In this document: in pieces, positions 26,701 through 37,790 of the stretch
Numbering within the stretch: position 1 is the stretch's first letter
How the letters are laid out: each line of letters begins with the position of its first letter
Source of the DNA: Dicyema japonicum
Lineage: Eukaryota > Animalia > Dicyemida
NCBI GenBank assembly: GCA_011109175.1
Contig: RDEW01000032.1
Coordinates: 465,334 to 529,333 of the forward strand
DNA: 64,000 nt
Reading direction: 5' to 3'
Notes under the pieces: generated by a model
Databases searched by the model: none
What the model was told of the DNA's origin: nothing
What the model saw: only the letters and a program-made list of their open reading frames with translations
Program-made: the position numbers and the translations under genes

Positions 26701-26939
26701 AGGGCAATGTCAATACGGTGTTTAACCAAGTACTCAGCCAATTCGGTATGTTTCGAGGTGATTCCATTGATGTTAAGTTGTAAGATTCTGATGGGTCTAT
26801 TCTGCGGCCCTGGGTTTAGTTCAATGTCACCGGATGTCAGGAGGGATTCTTGGGAGCGAAAGCTTCGTGCCCGCTCAATGGTCGCCATCGAGATCTCCTT
26901 GAAGAGAGACGATAAGGAAATAGTGTGGTTCTTTTTCAT
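23762..26939 (-). mobile_element. Near full-length Ingi/I-group LINE: 2A-like peptide, APE, RT, C-terminal region; three frameshifts
   Basis: ORFs 26415-26939, 25741-26445, 24497-25744 and 23767-24573 overlap in order: GDIELNPGP, ILQLNING..LLQE, GDLNAK, SDHNPI, GVPQGSVLSP, YADD, LARLRCGH; 3' hairpin CCGGCTTC..GAAGCCGG then GGTTAATAATTTAATT. Confidence 0.92.
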
Positions 26940-27645
26940 GTGTAAAAGACGAGAACGGTAAGCTGATACTGAACACCAAAGAACAAACTGAAGCCATCGC
27001 GGCTCACTTTGAGAAGCTTTTCAACATCGAAACCATAGAAATCCACCCATTTGATGGAAGACCAAGACCCCTGGAAATACCAAAAATCTATGACTCAATC
27101 AAAAAGGCATCGACACGAAAATGAGAATTTTATTATACGACTCATTCATAAAACCCGTACTTTTATAAAAGCTGGAACTTGGGCGACCTCATCAGCGGAT
27201 ATGGAAAAACTCGACTCGTTCCACGAAGTCAGATGAGAAAAATAACTGGAACTACTTGGCCTACGAGAATATTGAGGAATGCTTTATATAAGAGATGCAG
27301 CACTAGACCTATCAGCTAGAAGTACTGGAATCCCGATGGAAGCTCTTCGGACACGTGCTGAGGATTGAATTAACATCCCCACCTAACATATCGATGGAAA
27401 CATACCATGTTAGTCAACAAGGCCGCTATCGTGGAAGACAAGAACAATACTGCAAATCGTCTTAAAAAAAGACATGGTCAATATCAAAAAAATCTAATAA
27501 ATGCCGACGATATGGACATCATGAGAGCCTTGGCTAAAAACAGGTGAGCATGGAAAAGGATGACATCTAACCTTGTTTTTTTTGCTGAACATGCGGGGCT
27601 ATAATTAGTATGGCTCTCGTGAAGATGCTTAAATACATAATAAGC
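26940..27645 (+). mobile_element. Internally deleted RTE copy (linker joined to thumb and 3' end)
   Basis: VKDENGKLILNTKEQTEAIAAHFEKLFN jumps to AGTW..LDSFH..RWKLFGHVLRI; the 3' UTR CATGCGGGGCTATAAT..TATGGCT.TCGTGAA matches 59936-59985 (-). Confidence 0.8.
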
Positions 27646-27659
27646 GTGTCGTATAGTTT

Positions 27660-27860
27660 GACAAGAATGATTCAGTGATACATTACTCTTTCTTATCCAG
27701 ATATTGTATTTTTTAAAGTATATAGTGGCCAAGATTTTCCTTGGACTAATATCCTCAGCGTCACCTACTGAGCCGAGTTTTTTTGTATGTCTACAGAGTT
27801 CGTCAAATCTTGATTTGGGTCGTTCAAATCGTCTGTAGTCAGTTTTTGTGAACGTCTGAC
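27660..27860 (-). mobile_element. RTE RT late-domain relic
   Basis: KTDYRRFERP..RHTKKLGSVGDAEDISPRKILA, homologous to 60520-60600. Confidence 0.65.
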
Positions 27861-28327
27861 TATATATTATTATAGATATTAAATAAAATAATAAAAAATC
27901 ATTTAAAAATTTAAATAATATAAAAACTGACCTAATAAAATTTAGATTACATGAACAGAAGTATAATTTTATCATATTTATTCTGTTAAGCAAAATCGTC
28001 AAAATAAAATGCAATCGGAATTATTTATTAATTGATTCATATGTAATTTATAAGAATCCTTCTAAAGTATATATTTCATTAACTTTAGGAATATCGTTAT
28101 TTTGGTTAAATTGAATCTACAAATAGATGACTGAAAACTTATAGAACGTATAATATTTTTTGCAATATAATATAAATTTTACAGTTATTCCACACTTCTA
28201 CAGTGAGTTTTATACTATTGACTTTAGAACAGAAATTGATTATGGTACGCTTTTTGTTATACTAAGGTGGTAAACGTTATACAAATATTACAAAGATTCC
28301 TAAAACTAGATTTGGAGACTACTATCG

Positions 28328-29253
28328 ATGTGGTTATACTCATCTTAGTTTTTCGGATAATATATCTGTTACATTTTATTCAATCAAGTTGCAATATAAC
28401 GATAAAGGTATTTTGTATTATTTTACTGGAAAAGGTTTTTATTTAAATTTATTTAGCTAACGACTGTAACCCAAATAATGACCCAAATACGCCGATTTGG
28501 TTTTTATATCACGAAAATAGAATCCAAGCAGTAATAAGTGGAAATATCAAAATATCATATATTGATAATAACAAAATTGTACACGTTTGAATTGATTCTT
28601 AGATAACAGATGAGCATTTCAGTTTATCATACGATAATTTTATAACACGTGTTTATAGAATCCATAAATATATTTGATTGTGCAAATCAAAAATATATTA
28701 CGGTGGAAAAACTAATGAAAAAATATATTATTTATAACTTTTATGTTTGTGTTGGACATGAAAAATAAATGTGTTTTACTTGAAAAGCAATTTAAACAAA
28801 TTAAAATGGGAGGATATTATCAATGTGGACTCATCTCACAAAACTATAAAAATGTGACTATCGAAATTTCATCTCTTAAATTACAATTTTTCCGCAATGA
28901 TCTGAGTTTTGAATTTATTGGAGATGGTAAATAATCCGGCTGAATTTTAGATGAAGGATGTTTGAAGAACCAACATCAAATGAAATTAAAGACAAAAAAA
29001 CATATTTAAACATCGTAATACAACCGACTAAATTTTAGATGAAATAAGTTTTGAAGAATTAATATCTTCTGAAAGTACATTTGTAAAAAAACTGACGAAA
29101 CATCAAATAATTGGAATCGTATGTGGAGTTGTCGGACTACTGTTGTCATTGATTTTATTTATAATACTTACTGCAGTCATTGCCAATATTTATATCAAAA
29201 TGAAATCCCGTAAAGAATCACTCTTAACTAAGCCATTCCTTAAGTTAAGCTAA
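28328..29253 (+). CDS. LAMP-like type I membrane glycoprotein gene with tiny introns (frameshifts present)
   Basis: GGYYQCG..VTIEISSLKLQFF..FEFIGD|DEGC, then TM IIGIVCGVVGLLLSLILFIILTAVIANIYI and a basic stop-transfer KMKSRK; 24-nt GT-AG introns at 28927-28950 and 29015-29038. Confidence 0.5.
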
Positions 29254-29629
29254 TTATGATTCTCTTTCGGTTAAATTGGGTTAATGGTTTAATTTACTTA
29301 AATAATCACTTATCAATTCTTATGATGGCAACTGAGATTAATCAATTATCGTGGTCCACGGCCGGATATTTTCTTTAACTTGATTCCTGTTCCCTTACTT
29401 GATTCGATTTCATAAAATATTTTTTACATTAATTTTCGAGCTCATGCTGCAATAAGATTTCCAGCTGCAAACCTTAAAATTTATTTTTAAGAAGTTGAAA
29501 TTATTTAGAAGTAATGTGCTGAATTGGTTGAAGTTGGTGACGATATCTCTATTGAACTATGTCTTATTCGTATTCTTTGGGAACTTTCAATTGCAGAGGA
29601 CTTAAACAACCTCACAAGAACCACCAACT

Positions 29630-29900
29630 GATATGCGACCTAGCCACAAGAAAATGGATAGAACCTGGCCTATGAAAATCTCTGATGTAAACCTTCATAA
29701 TAAATAAAAATCGACGTGAGGTCAGATGATATTTTTAATTAAGACGTCCCAATGACCAGGTCCTTCAAATTTCGTAATGGTCAACTACTTCGACACAAAA
29801 GAGACGGATTTCCAGGAAGACCAAGAACATACTTCCGATATCCAAGACATACTTCCGAATATCTTGAACAAGACCAATCATTATTAATGCTGAGTGTGCA
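29630..29900 (+). mobile_element. RTE 3' relic
   Basis: TWPMKISDVNLH..MVNYFD..(G)RPRT.LP, with a short tandem duplication at 29827-29864. Confidence 0.5.
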
Positions 29901-29989
29901 AGTTCAGATTAGACAGTCTACAGATTAGTATAAAAGTCTTAAACCTCCTCACTGTTCTAATTAAGATATCCACTGTGGGGAGTATATTT

Positions 29990-30230
29990 GTTAATGGTGA
30001 TTAGGACATCCATCAGGAAGTAAGATTAGCCTGAAATCTCCGAGTTTTTCTTTTATCCCGTTAGTTAATTTGTTTCTTGAAGACATTCGAGCGATACTTT
30101 GTATCTCGAGAGGTTTTCGCATAGTTTTCTTCTTTTCCAGGTGCTGGGAGTCCCTTCGATATTGAACGTCGGAGGGATAAGTTCTGTGTTTTCCAGACAC
30201 CGTTTTTAGGAGCCACATCACTAGCTTAGC
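29990..30230 (-). mobile_element. RTE 5'/APE start relic
   Basis: GTGATGTGGCT leader motif, then STWKRRKLCENLSRYKVSLECLQET..FRLILLP, homologous to the start of ORF 30503-32155. Confidence 0.6.
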
Positions 30231-30494
30231 CAATCAATCGACTACTATTACATTATTTTACTCATTTATTTATTTTTTATGATTATTCTTTTTATATTTC
30301 TTTGTTATTTATTTTATACTTTTTGAGTAAGGTTGGTTTTTGAAAAAATTCTATTTTTGTGCGTCTTATGGTTCTTCCCTAATATTTCTTATATTCAAGA
30401 AGATGAGTTATCATTTCGCTGCGTGGCTAACTGTTAAAGTTTTCTGTTTGTTTTTCTGTTCCTCCTCTTTCTTCTATTATAGAGCGTCATGGGA

Positions 30495-32172
30495 CTGACA
30501 GTTCAGTACTTGAGAAGAATTCGGACTGACAGTTCAGTACTTGAGAGAAGTACTCTGATTATCCGTAGCAATGATTGGTCCACAAATTGATGAAGGACAA
30601 CCATTAGCTTGTGTCGGCTAATGGTGTCGAAAGCTCTTGACATATCGATCCCCAGGATGGTCGTGGCATTTTTGTATCTTTGAGCCGTTGCACACCGCCA
30701 CCTGTGGCTCCACAGAATGTCCGCTGTCGACCTTCCTTCACGAAATCCACTATGGCATGCTGATAGGTAATTTCCTGCAGGATGTTTTAAGCGGTCCAAA
30801 GCAACAGATGCAAGAACTTTTCGTAATGTGTTTAACAATATGACTGGGCGTAGGCTTTCTAGTGGTCCCTTTGGTTTGTTAGGCTTTTGTATAGGTATCA
30901 ATGTCCCTTTCCCCAGTGGTAGGACAGAGTTGGATGTAAACATTCCATTTAACAATGTCGCAATGGTTTCGAATAGACGCATAGGTCCATATTTCAGCAG
31001 TTCGGGAGGGATGTTGTCTGGTCCAGCGCTCCTGTGATTCTTTAGCTTACTGCACGCACTCTGAACTTCCTTAGATGTGATAATTGTTTCCAGCATCCGC
31101 GGTTCTCCGATGAAAGGGGCCAGTTCTTGGCCGTTCGCATTGAACAGTTTTTCAAAATGGGCAGCAATCAATTCGATCTGTTCGTCTGGTTTTAAGATAA
31201 GTTTCCCCTTCCCATCCATAACATGTACTGTCGCTTTTTTCTTTCCTCGCATTAGTCGGACTGCAGCGAACATTTGTGCATTGTCCTTTAGTTGCTCCAG
31301 CTCTCTAAGATGTGATAGGAAGACATCCTTCGAGTGTTCATTATTAAGCTTCATGATTCTTCTCTTGATAATATTTCGTTCAGTTCGTAGTTTGTTTTTG
31401 ATATGTATATCCGTCGTGTTTAGACTCTGTATCCATATTTCTCGTTGTTGTTTTGCCAGTAATAAGGAGTCTGGATGGCCAAGTGACATATTTCCGGTTG
31501 TCTGCCGTCTCACTCCAAGGTGGGTGTTTGCGGCAAGGCAAATAATGCTTTTGGTCTGATCCCATAGGTCTTGTATAGTCATATTAGCTGGTAATGTATA
31601 TAGGCGGTTCTCTATATGTTTTTGGTAGTTTGTCACCAGCAGCGGCTGAGACCAGAGCTTCTCAGTCATATATACATGGGTATGGTAAGGTGGTAGCGTT
31701 TTGCTTAGACTCAGGTTCTTCCTGCTAATGTTGAACAAGTAGAAGTCATCCAGTTCCTCAGGATTTTTCAAAAATCTGCCACTATGTGGAGCATACACGT
31801 TAATGACTGTCATGTAGCTTTTGGAAGGGCACATGTCATTCATCCTAATTTGCAGAACACTAATCCTGTCGTTGACTTTCCAAAATTGATGTATCCGTGG
31901 TACAAGATGTTCATGGACTGCGAAACCTTGTCCGTAATGTTTAGACTCACTAGGGAAGAGAATAAGTTTATAGGTTCCATAGTGTTCACAGCATCCATCA
32001 GAGACCTTCGTTTCTTGCAGACATCCGATAGAGACGCGGTACTTGTCTAAATCATCGCACAGTGTTTTCCTCATCCATGTCTTCGAGATCCCCCTGACAT
32101 TAAACGAGAGTAGGTTGAGGCCATCCCATTGAATCTTGTATTTTTCAGACTGCATTTAAGAGCCACGTCACT
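30495..32172 (-). mobile_element. RTE-clade LINE, 550-aa ORF (APE with in-frame internal deletion plus N-half of RT)
   Basis: SFNVRG..GCLQETK..NVYAPH, no GDxNA or SDH motifs, then SAGPDNIPPELLK..LRPVILLN..GFREGRST..GIDMSRAFD; 24-bp direct repeat at the break (30492-30515 and 30523-30546). Confidence 0.9.
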
Positions 32173-33039
32173 CTTAACCAAGAAAATCCATAACGTTTCT
32201 TTAAATATCAAGTGATCAACTTTAGTTTTTAAAGAATTATTAATTTAGAAGATAATTAGGATGAAAGTAAAAAAATATCTATAAATTAAATATTAAAAAA
32301 ATGGTTAATTTTAATGTTTTTTGGTGGTTAACCAATTTAACAATAATACATCAGCTATTGATATATATTTTTAGTGGTGTATTCTGTCATATTTTTGTTA
32401 TTGAATTTAATCTGGCGGTTATCAAAATGATCGACGCTTAATTATTTTGGTATCTTCTAATCAAGCTGTATTCCTTCAATAACGAGAATTCTACGATTTA
32501 ATATATTCACATACGATTTACTGACTTCATTATCGAAATTCTTATACAACAATCCAATATATTTATATCATTTTCTGAAACACCAAATTGCGGATATCAT
32601 TGTTATAATAGAATGTCGATTGTTCTTCCTTATATTAACAGAACACTTTTAATTGGGTATAATATTGCTACAGATAATTCTATTGGCTTTAATTATATGA
32701 ATTCAACTCACATCAGAAAAACTTGTGATTGCCCCGTAATGCTTGCGATTTCAAGTAAAATGTTTGGAGAATGTGATTATTATTTGATTAGTTTTTTAAG
32801 TATGTTAAAGATAAATTTTCCAATATCAAACCTTTCATCTGATCCTTTGGAGATCGACGGGAGAAGACCATCCTCTTTTGGTATTAAAAATGCAGCTAAT
32901 TCACATTCAATGGTTGAGTCAGTAACTTGATACTACTATAGTCTTATTCCTTTTCATTTCCATCGTATTTAATCCATCCAAGCAGTATGATGTTGCTTCA
33001 AATGGACGAACTACGTACGAAGATTCTAATTTACGTGCC

Positions 33040-33360
33040 TTTATTTATTTATTTATAACCCTGGGAACTCCGAGAAAGAAAGACAAAAGAGTCAAACAGA
33101 TAGTTGATCCTAGTCCTCGCAATCTATTGTGCCATTCGATGTCTGTGATCTTCCATCGTCCCTACTACTTTCCGGAAGAGCCTTCTCTCGGTCTTGCACA
33201 GGAATCCGATCGGGGAGGGGAATTTCTTATCCAATCGGTTTTCTCTTGCCATGAAAAGGATCAGGCGAAGCGGATTTCCATCTTCCTTACAGACGTGAAG
33301 AAATCAGGAGCCACGACTACGGATCTTAGCTTCCATGAGTATTGGGTAGACTGTTGATCC
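33040..33360 (-). mobile_element. RTE-type 3' fragment ending CCAGGGTTATAAATAAAT
   Basis: FLHVCKEDGNPLRLIL; homologous to 44160-44305 (RVYMEEDYPL). Confidence 0.55.
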
Positions 33361-34065
33361 ATTACAGTGGCAAAGCATACTGATTGTTTTCCGGTATATC
33401 TTGTTGACGTGCTTGAGAACTTAAATTAGAGTTAATTTTTGACTTGTTATTATCGAATTTTTAAATAATATTGATATTTTTTTAAAATAATATTAATTTA
33501 TTAAATAGCTTTTAGTTCTAGTGCTCTGAGAAATAACTAGATGTCTTCAACATTTGATTTAACCTTTTAGAATTGAGAGACATACCAATTCGAATAAAGA
33601 CTGAAACTACCAATTCAAATGAAGAGAGTGTTACATTAGAGATGCTCCAACAAAAAAATAAGTCTCTGAGGTACGCTTGAATTTGTTTGTCATATTCTAA
33701 GAATGGATGCAAGCGCATCTCTAAACGTCATAAATGAAGAGTACATCACATCATTTGAAGACGGATTCAGTGGGTCGATAGAGATCTGAGGATGGAAAGC
33801 AATTATTAAGTGACTGCGAAGACCTTAATGATCTGAAGAGTCTAGAGTCGAAGATGCAACGATTCGTAAACTTGATCATCCTCTGGCACGTGTTGAATTG
33901 TAGCTTACATGGGGTTATTCAATGTAACAGTCAAAAATCATATCGAAGCAAAAAATATTGATTATATTATCTTTACAAGCTTAAACTCAACAAAACCAGA
34001 AATTAAAGAAAAGATAAGTAATTAATTAAAGCAACCGGTAATTGACTCATCTATCGATTATACAA

Positions 34066-34556
34066 TCAACAACCATCAGTTTCACAAAGAAAAGAATGCT
34101 TCTTAAAACATTTTTGATCATACCAAGATCCACCCCAACTAACGTAGACACAGTCTTCGTTCCCAGCATTGTTTGGTTCACCTCTTCTCCATTTTAAGTA
34201 TTTCTTATTATATCATATTTCTACTTGCTCATTTCCATAAGAATCCAAGAATGTCCCTTCTTTTTCGATATCGTTGACTGCAATGTAAAATACAGTTCTA
34301 TATGGAGTGAAAAATTTATCTAAGAAATTTATTTGTATTCCGTCAACTATAAATAAACTTTGTAGTTTCTTCGTTGTAGACATTAGCCAAATTTCCTCCC
34401 ATATTTTCGCAATATTTTTTGGCATCAGCATAATTTCGGGCTTCTCTTACTAAAGTATAACAACTCCCCTCAAAGCAGTCTAAGTTGCAATTTATCACCA
34501 CCTTTTGATGCGATTGTCGCGACTAATATAACTGCGATTATTCGTGAATTCAACAT
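34066..34556 (-). CDS. Secreted single-domain C-type lectin (EPN motif), 139 aa, four exons, intact
   Basis: Removing GT-AG introns 34480-34501 (22 nt), 34320-34347 (28 nt) and 34204-34224 (21 nt) gives 420 nt in frame: MLNSRIIAVILVATIASK|DCFEGSCY..AKKYCENMGGNLA..FIY|NKFF..YIAVNDIEKEGTF..NEQ|KYLKWRRGEPNNAGNEDCV..GSWYDQKC..FLCETDGC*. Confidence 0.9.
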
Positions 34557-35676
34557 CAATCATGGTTTTCAAAGCCTCTAATATAAACGAATATTACAAC
34601 ACATGCTTTGTTTATTATTTATAATTGAGAAAACATAAAAACAAGGCCATTTGTTGTTTTTTCAATTAAAATAAAATGTCTAGAATACACGGATTTAATT
34701 ACTGGAAATTTTACGAGAACAGCGAAGACAAATTATAAACTAAAGTGATTCAACTAAGATGCAAAGATAATGCAAGCGTTCCCTCTGATTACTGCCATTT
34801 CCTATCTGCGTCAATAAAATATCAGTCGATAATTTTCAAATATTGATCGGATAATTATTTATTACAATAGAGTATGTCAAATTATTAATTAATTAACATA
34901 CTTAAGGCCATACTTGACTGACAAGAACTTGTTTTTTTTAATGTTCGTATGCCATTAATAAATGAAATTTTTCGAGACAAAGGGTAAAATTAAACTAACT
35001 AATAGTGTGATCCTGACGCAGTCGAGTAGAGCCTCATCTAGGTTGGTCAAAACCAGTCCTCCTGACCAGGAGCTAAACAGTCACCTGTTGGAATAAAATG
35101 GTGGATCTTTTTGAATGCCGATAAGGGATTGGGCGTCCCTAAGTAAGATGGATATAATAACGTCATTGGAAGAGCCACAGGTACTAAATCATTGAGAAGC
35201 TGTATTTAGTAGCCACAAGTACTAATTCCAATAGAATCTGGTTAAATATCAATTTTATTAAAAAAGGTGATGATCGGGACCAGAAGTTTAGTCCGGTTTT
35301 AAGGGGAACGGGATTTAAATTTTCAAGTGATTTTCGTACTACTCTCTCAGTCAGAGAAGCATTATTTATACGTCGTAAACAAGTTATATACAGTCAAACC
35401 CCTCTAAACCGACTTCTCGGTATACCTGAATCCCCTTAAAACCGGACTAAACTTCTGGTCCGATTCACTTCAAAGGCCATCACTGCTATTTCATCTTCGA
35501 TATACCGGATCTCCTCTATTCCGAATACCAGCCGTATTTTGTGGTCCCAACTTGAATTTTCTTTCATCATAAACCGGTCTTATGACATCAATCTATGATC
35601 TACTCTTATTAATCGTCTTTAACCTTGAATTGCGAACAACGATAGAGATATATATTGCGAACAACTCGACAGAAAA

Positions 35677-36310
35677 TCAAAGTGTAAGGTCCAGAGAGGA
35701 ATAACCATCATCATCCTTGTAAGGCGTCCTCGCATGGGTCTTCGGATTGTTGAGGATCGACATTGGCGAGAGTTGTTCAAGTAGGGACCACCCTCTGGAG
35801 TCAGCCCGTTGTGATTTTAACCATGTTGGGTGTTTGGCATTTAAATATCCACTGATAATCAGATTCCTTAGATTGTTCAACTTTGAGAGGTCAGGGTTAT
35901 GTCCCTTAGGGCAGGAATGGGGAGGTGGAACATAAATATTAGCAATGTTGACTTTTCCAATGACGGTGGGAATAGAGATACCTGTTATTTCTAAAACATC
36001 ATCTTGGGTCAAAGATTTGAGGTCATCCGAGATGTCAGAATACAGCAACCCGTTCTTGATGATGAACATGAGACCTCCGCCTTTTCCGTTCAATCGGTCC
36101 AAGCGAGTGTAGTTGTATCCAGGAATGGAAGGAGTAGTTGAGGTAGGCGTCAATCTGGTCTCTTGAATTGCTGCCACATCCACATTTTGTTTATCTAGGT
36201 AAGCGCGTATTTCGAGAATTTTTCCTCTGATTCCATTGATGTTAAGCTGTAGAATCGTTAGTTGCGGTTCTGGGTTTCGCTCCACGTCGCCGGAAAGTAG
36301 CAAGGTTAGG
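35677..36310 (-). mobile_element. Ingi-type APE fragment with a degenerate 2A peptide, inside the Tigger element
   Basis: LLLSGDVERNPEPQLTILQLNING..AAIQET..NIYVPP..SSLDLT. Confidence 0.85.
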
Positions 36311-36474
36311 TCTTTTAAGAAACGTATTACAAGTCGATTGAACTTATTCTAAAAAACGAAAAAACATATTACGGGCTGAATGAACATACTCTACAAGAAT
36401 GAAAGAACTTTTTGGGAGACGCAGTAACCAAAGGGTCAAAATCTCCGGATATTTTCAAAGTTGGACCTAGTACT

Positions 36475-36800
36475 CACACCAATTGATCCCCACGTTCTAT
36501 CCGGGTCTAGACGGGACTTTGTTACCCAGTCCATTGATCCCTACAGGATTTGGGACTAATGTGGAAATACATACTGGAGTTGGGACCTACAGGAGGGGGT
36601 ACCCACACCAATTGTTCCCTATATTCGAATTGGGATCTACACGGTACTTTGTTTACCACATCATCGGTCCCTACAGGACGGATTGGGACCATAGTGGAAA
36701 ACATACTGGGGAAAGGACCTACAAGGTAAAACTAACTGGAGATGGGCGTACTGGCTTTGTACCTGCAACGTTCTGGAGAATAATTAGGATGGTTAACTAA
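36475..36800 (+). repeat. ~130-bp tandem duplication with an SH3-like ending, of unknown origin
   Basis: CCAATTG.TCCC...TCCCTACAGGA..TTGGGAC..GTGGAAA..CATACTGG..GGACCTACA occurs twice; ends TYKVKLTGDGRTGFVPATF. Confidence 0.55.
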
Positions 36801-36919
36801 CTAGACAAGTAATTGGATGGATATCAAGGATAAGGGGTACCCGGATGAACAGGTCAGGCCAACCGGCGTACTGGTAGTTACCTATTCCATAACTTGTTGT
36901 TTTAATTCATTTTCATTTT

Positions 36920-37227
36920 TAGCTCTTTGCAGAAACACAGGAATCCATGACCATGGTTCCTCGTGGACTCTTCCAAAAAGTGGGGGTTGTAGTAGTGTAG
37001 GATGCAAACGTGTCTTTTTAGCGTGACATCATGCGATTCACCTGTTATGGTGGCGTTCAGTTCTGGTTCTGCATGGAAAAGAACCGTTCGACATTCCTAC
37101 TCCACCATGAACTCGTTTTGGGGAGCCAATGATCAGCATGACAGAACTGGTGACGTGGCTTTAAAAATTCAGCCTAAAAACACAAGACTCAGTTGGGTGG
37201 CCTTAATCTACTCTCTTTTAACGTCAG
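36920..37227 (+). repeat. 308-bp near-identical copy of the RTE 5' region at 20715-21022
   Basis: Direct alignment with only a handful of substitutions and the same start (TAGCTCTTTGCAG). Confidence 0.92.
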
Positions 37228-37248
37228 AGGGAAAATCAAAAACTAAAA

Positions 37249-37790
37249 GATGATAGCTCCCGCAAAGAAAACGAGTATGTTGCGAATTGTCTTTAAAAAC
37301 GAAAATTCAAATAATAAATGAATCGAACCAAACACCTAAGCCGACACAAAAATTTCTCAGCAAGAAGTATGGAGTTGGATGCAGCACTGTATCAGACATA
37401 CTTAAAAGGCTGATATTTATTTGGAATTATTCACTAACAACGCAAATTCTGCTAAAAAAACGTTTTGAAGAATTTGTCAACTTAGACTTGGAACTAACCA
37501 CTGAAAATCCCAAAAATTGGGAATCATCTCTAGTTGAGCAATACCAAACAGTCTCAGCTCCTGAAGATAATGACAGTGACTCAGATTCTGATAAGCAAAC
37601 AGAATTAAAACATATAGAGAAATTGACACGCACAAGTGTTCAACAAATGCTAGACCAAATCTGCCACTTTGCTTGCACTCAAGACCCTTCATTACTCGAT
37701 CTCGTCAACAGACTGATCTATCTGAACAATAATGCGATTGCTGAATCGAAGCTAAATACAGGCAATCCTTATTGACAGATTTCTATTAAT
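37249..37790 (+). pseudogene. Internally deleted Tigger/CENP-B-like transposase (HTH_psq fused to the acidic C-terminus, DDE core missing)
   Basis: LSLKTKIQII..TQKFLSKKYGVGCSTVSDILK joined to FEEFVNLDLELTT..DNDSDSDSD. Confidence 0.8.

Noticed and set aside
23749-26961. CGAGAGCACGGTA / CGAGAACGGTA as the TSD of the Ingi element
   Set aside because: Imperfect, and the right-hand copy is part of the adjacent RTE coding sequence (KDENGK).
31077-31559. Long antisense ORFs (31077-31559, 61176-61655, 26653-26961 and similar)
   Set aside because: Shadow ORFs opposite real RT/APE coding sequence.
32340-32960. Possible secreted glycoprotein gene
   Set aside because: Cys- and Asn-rich coding-like text, but I could not support an exon structure or family.
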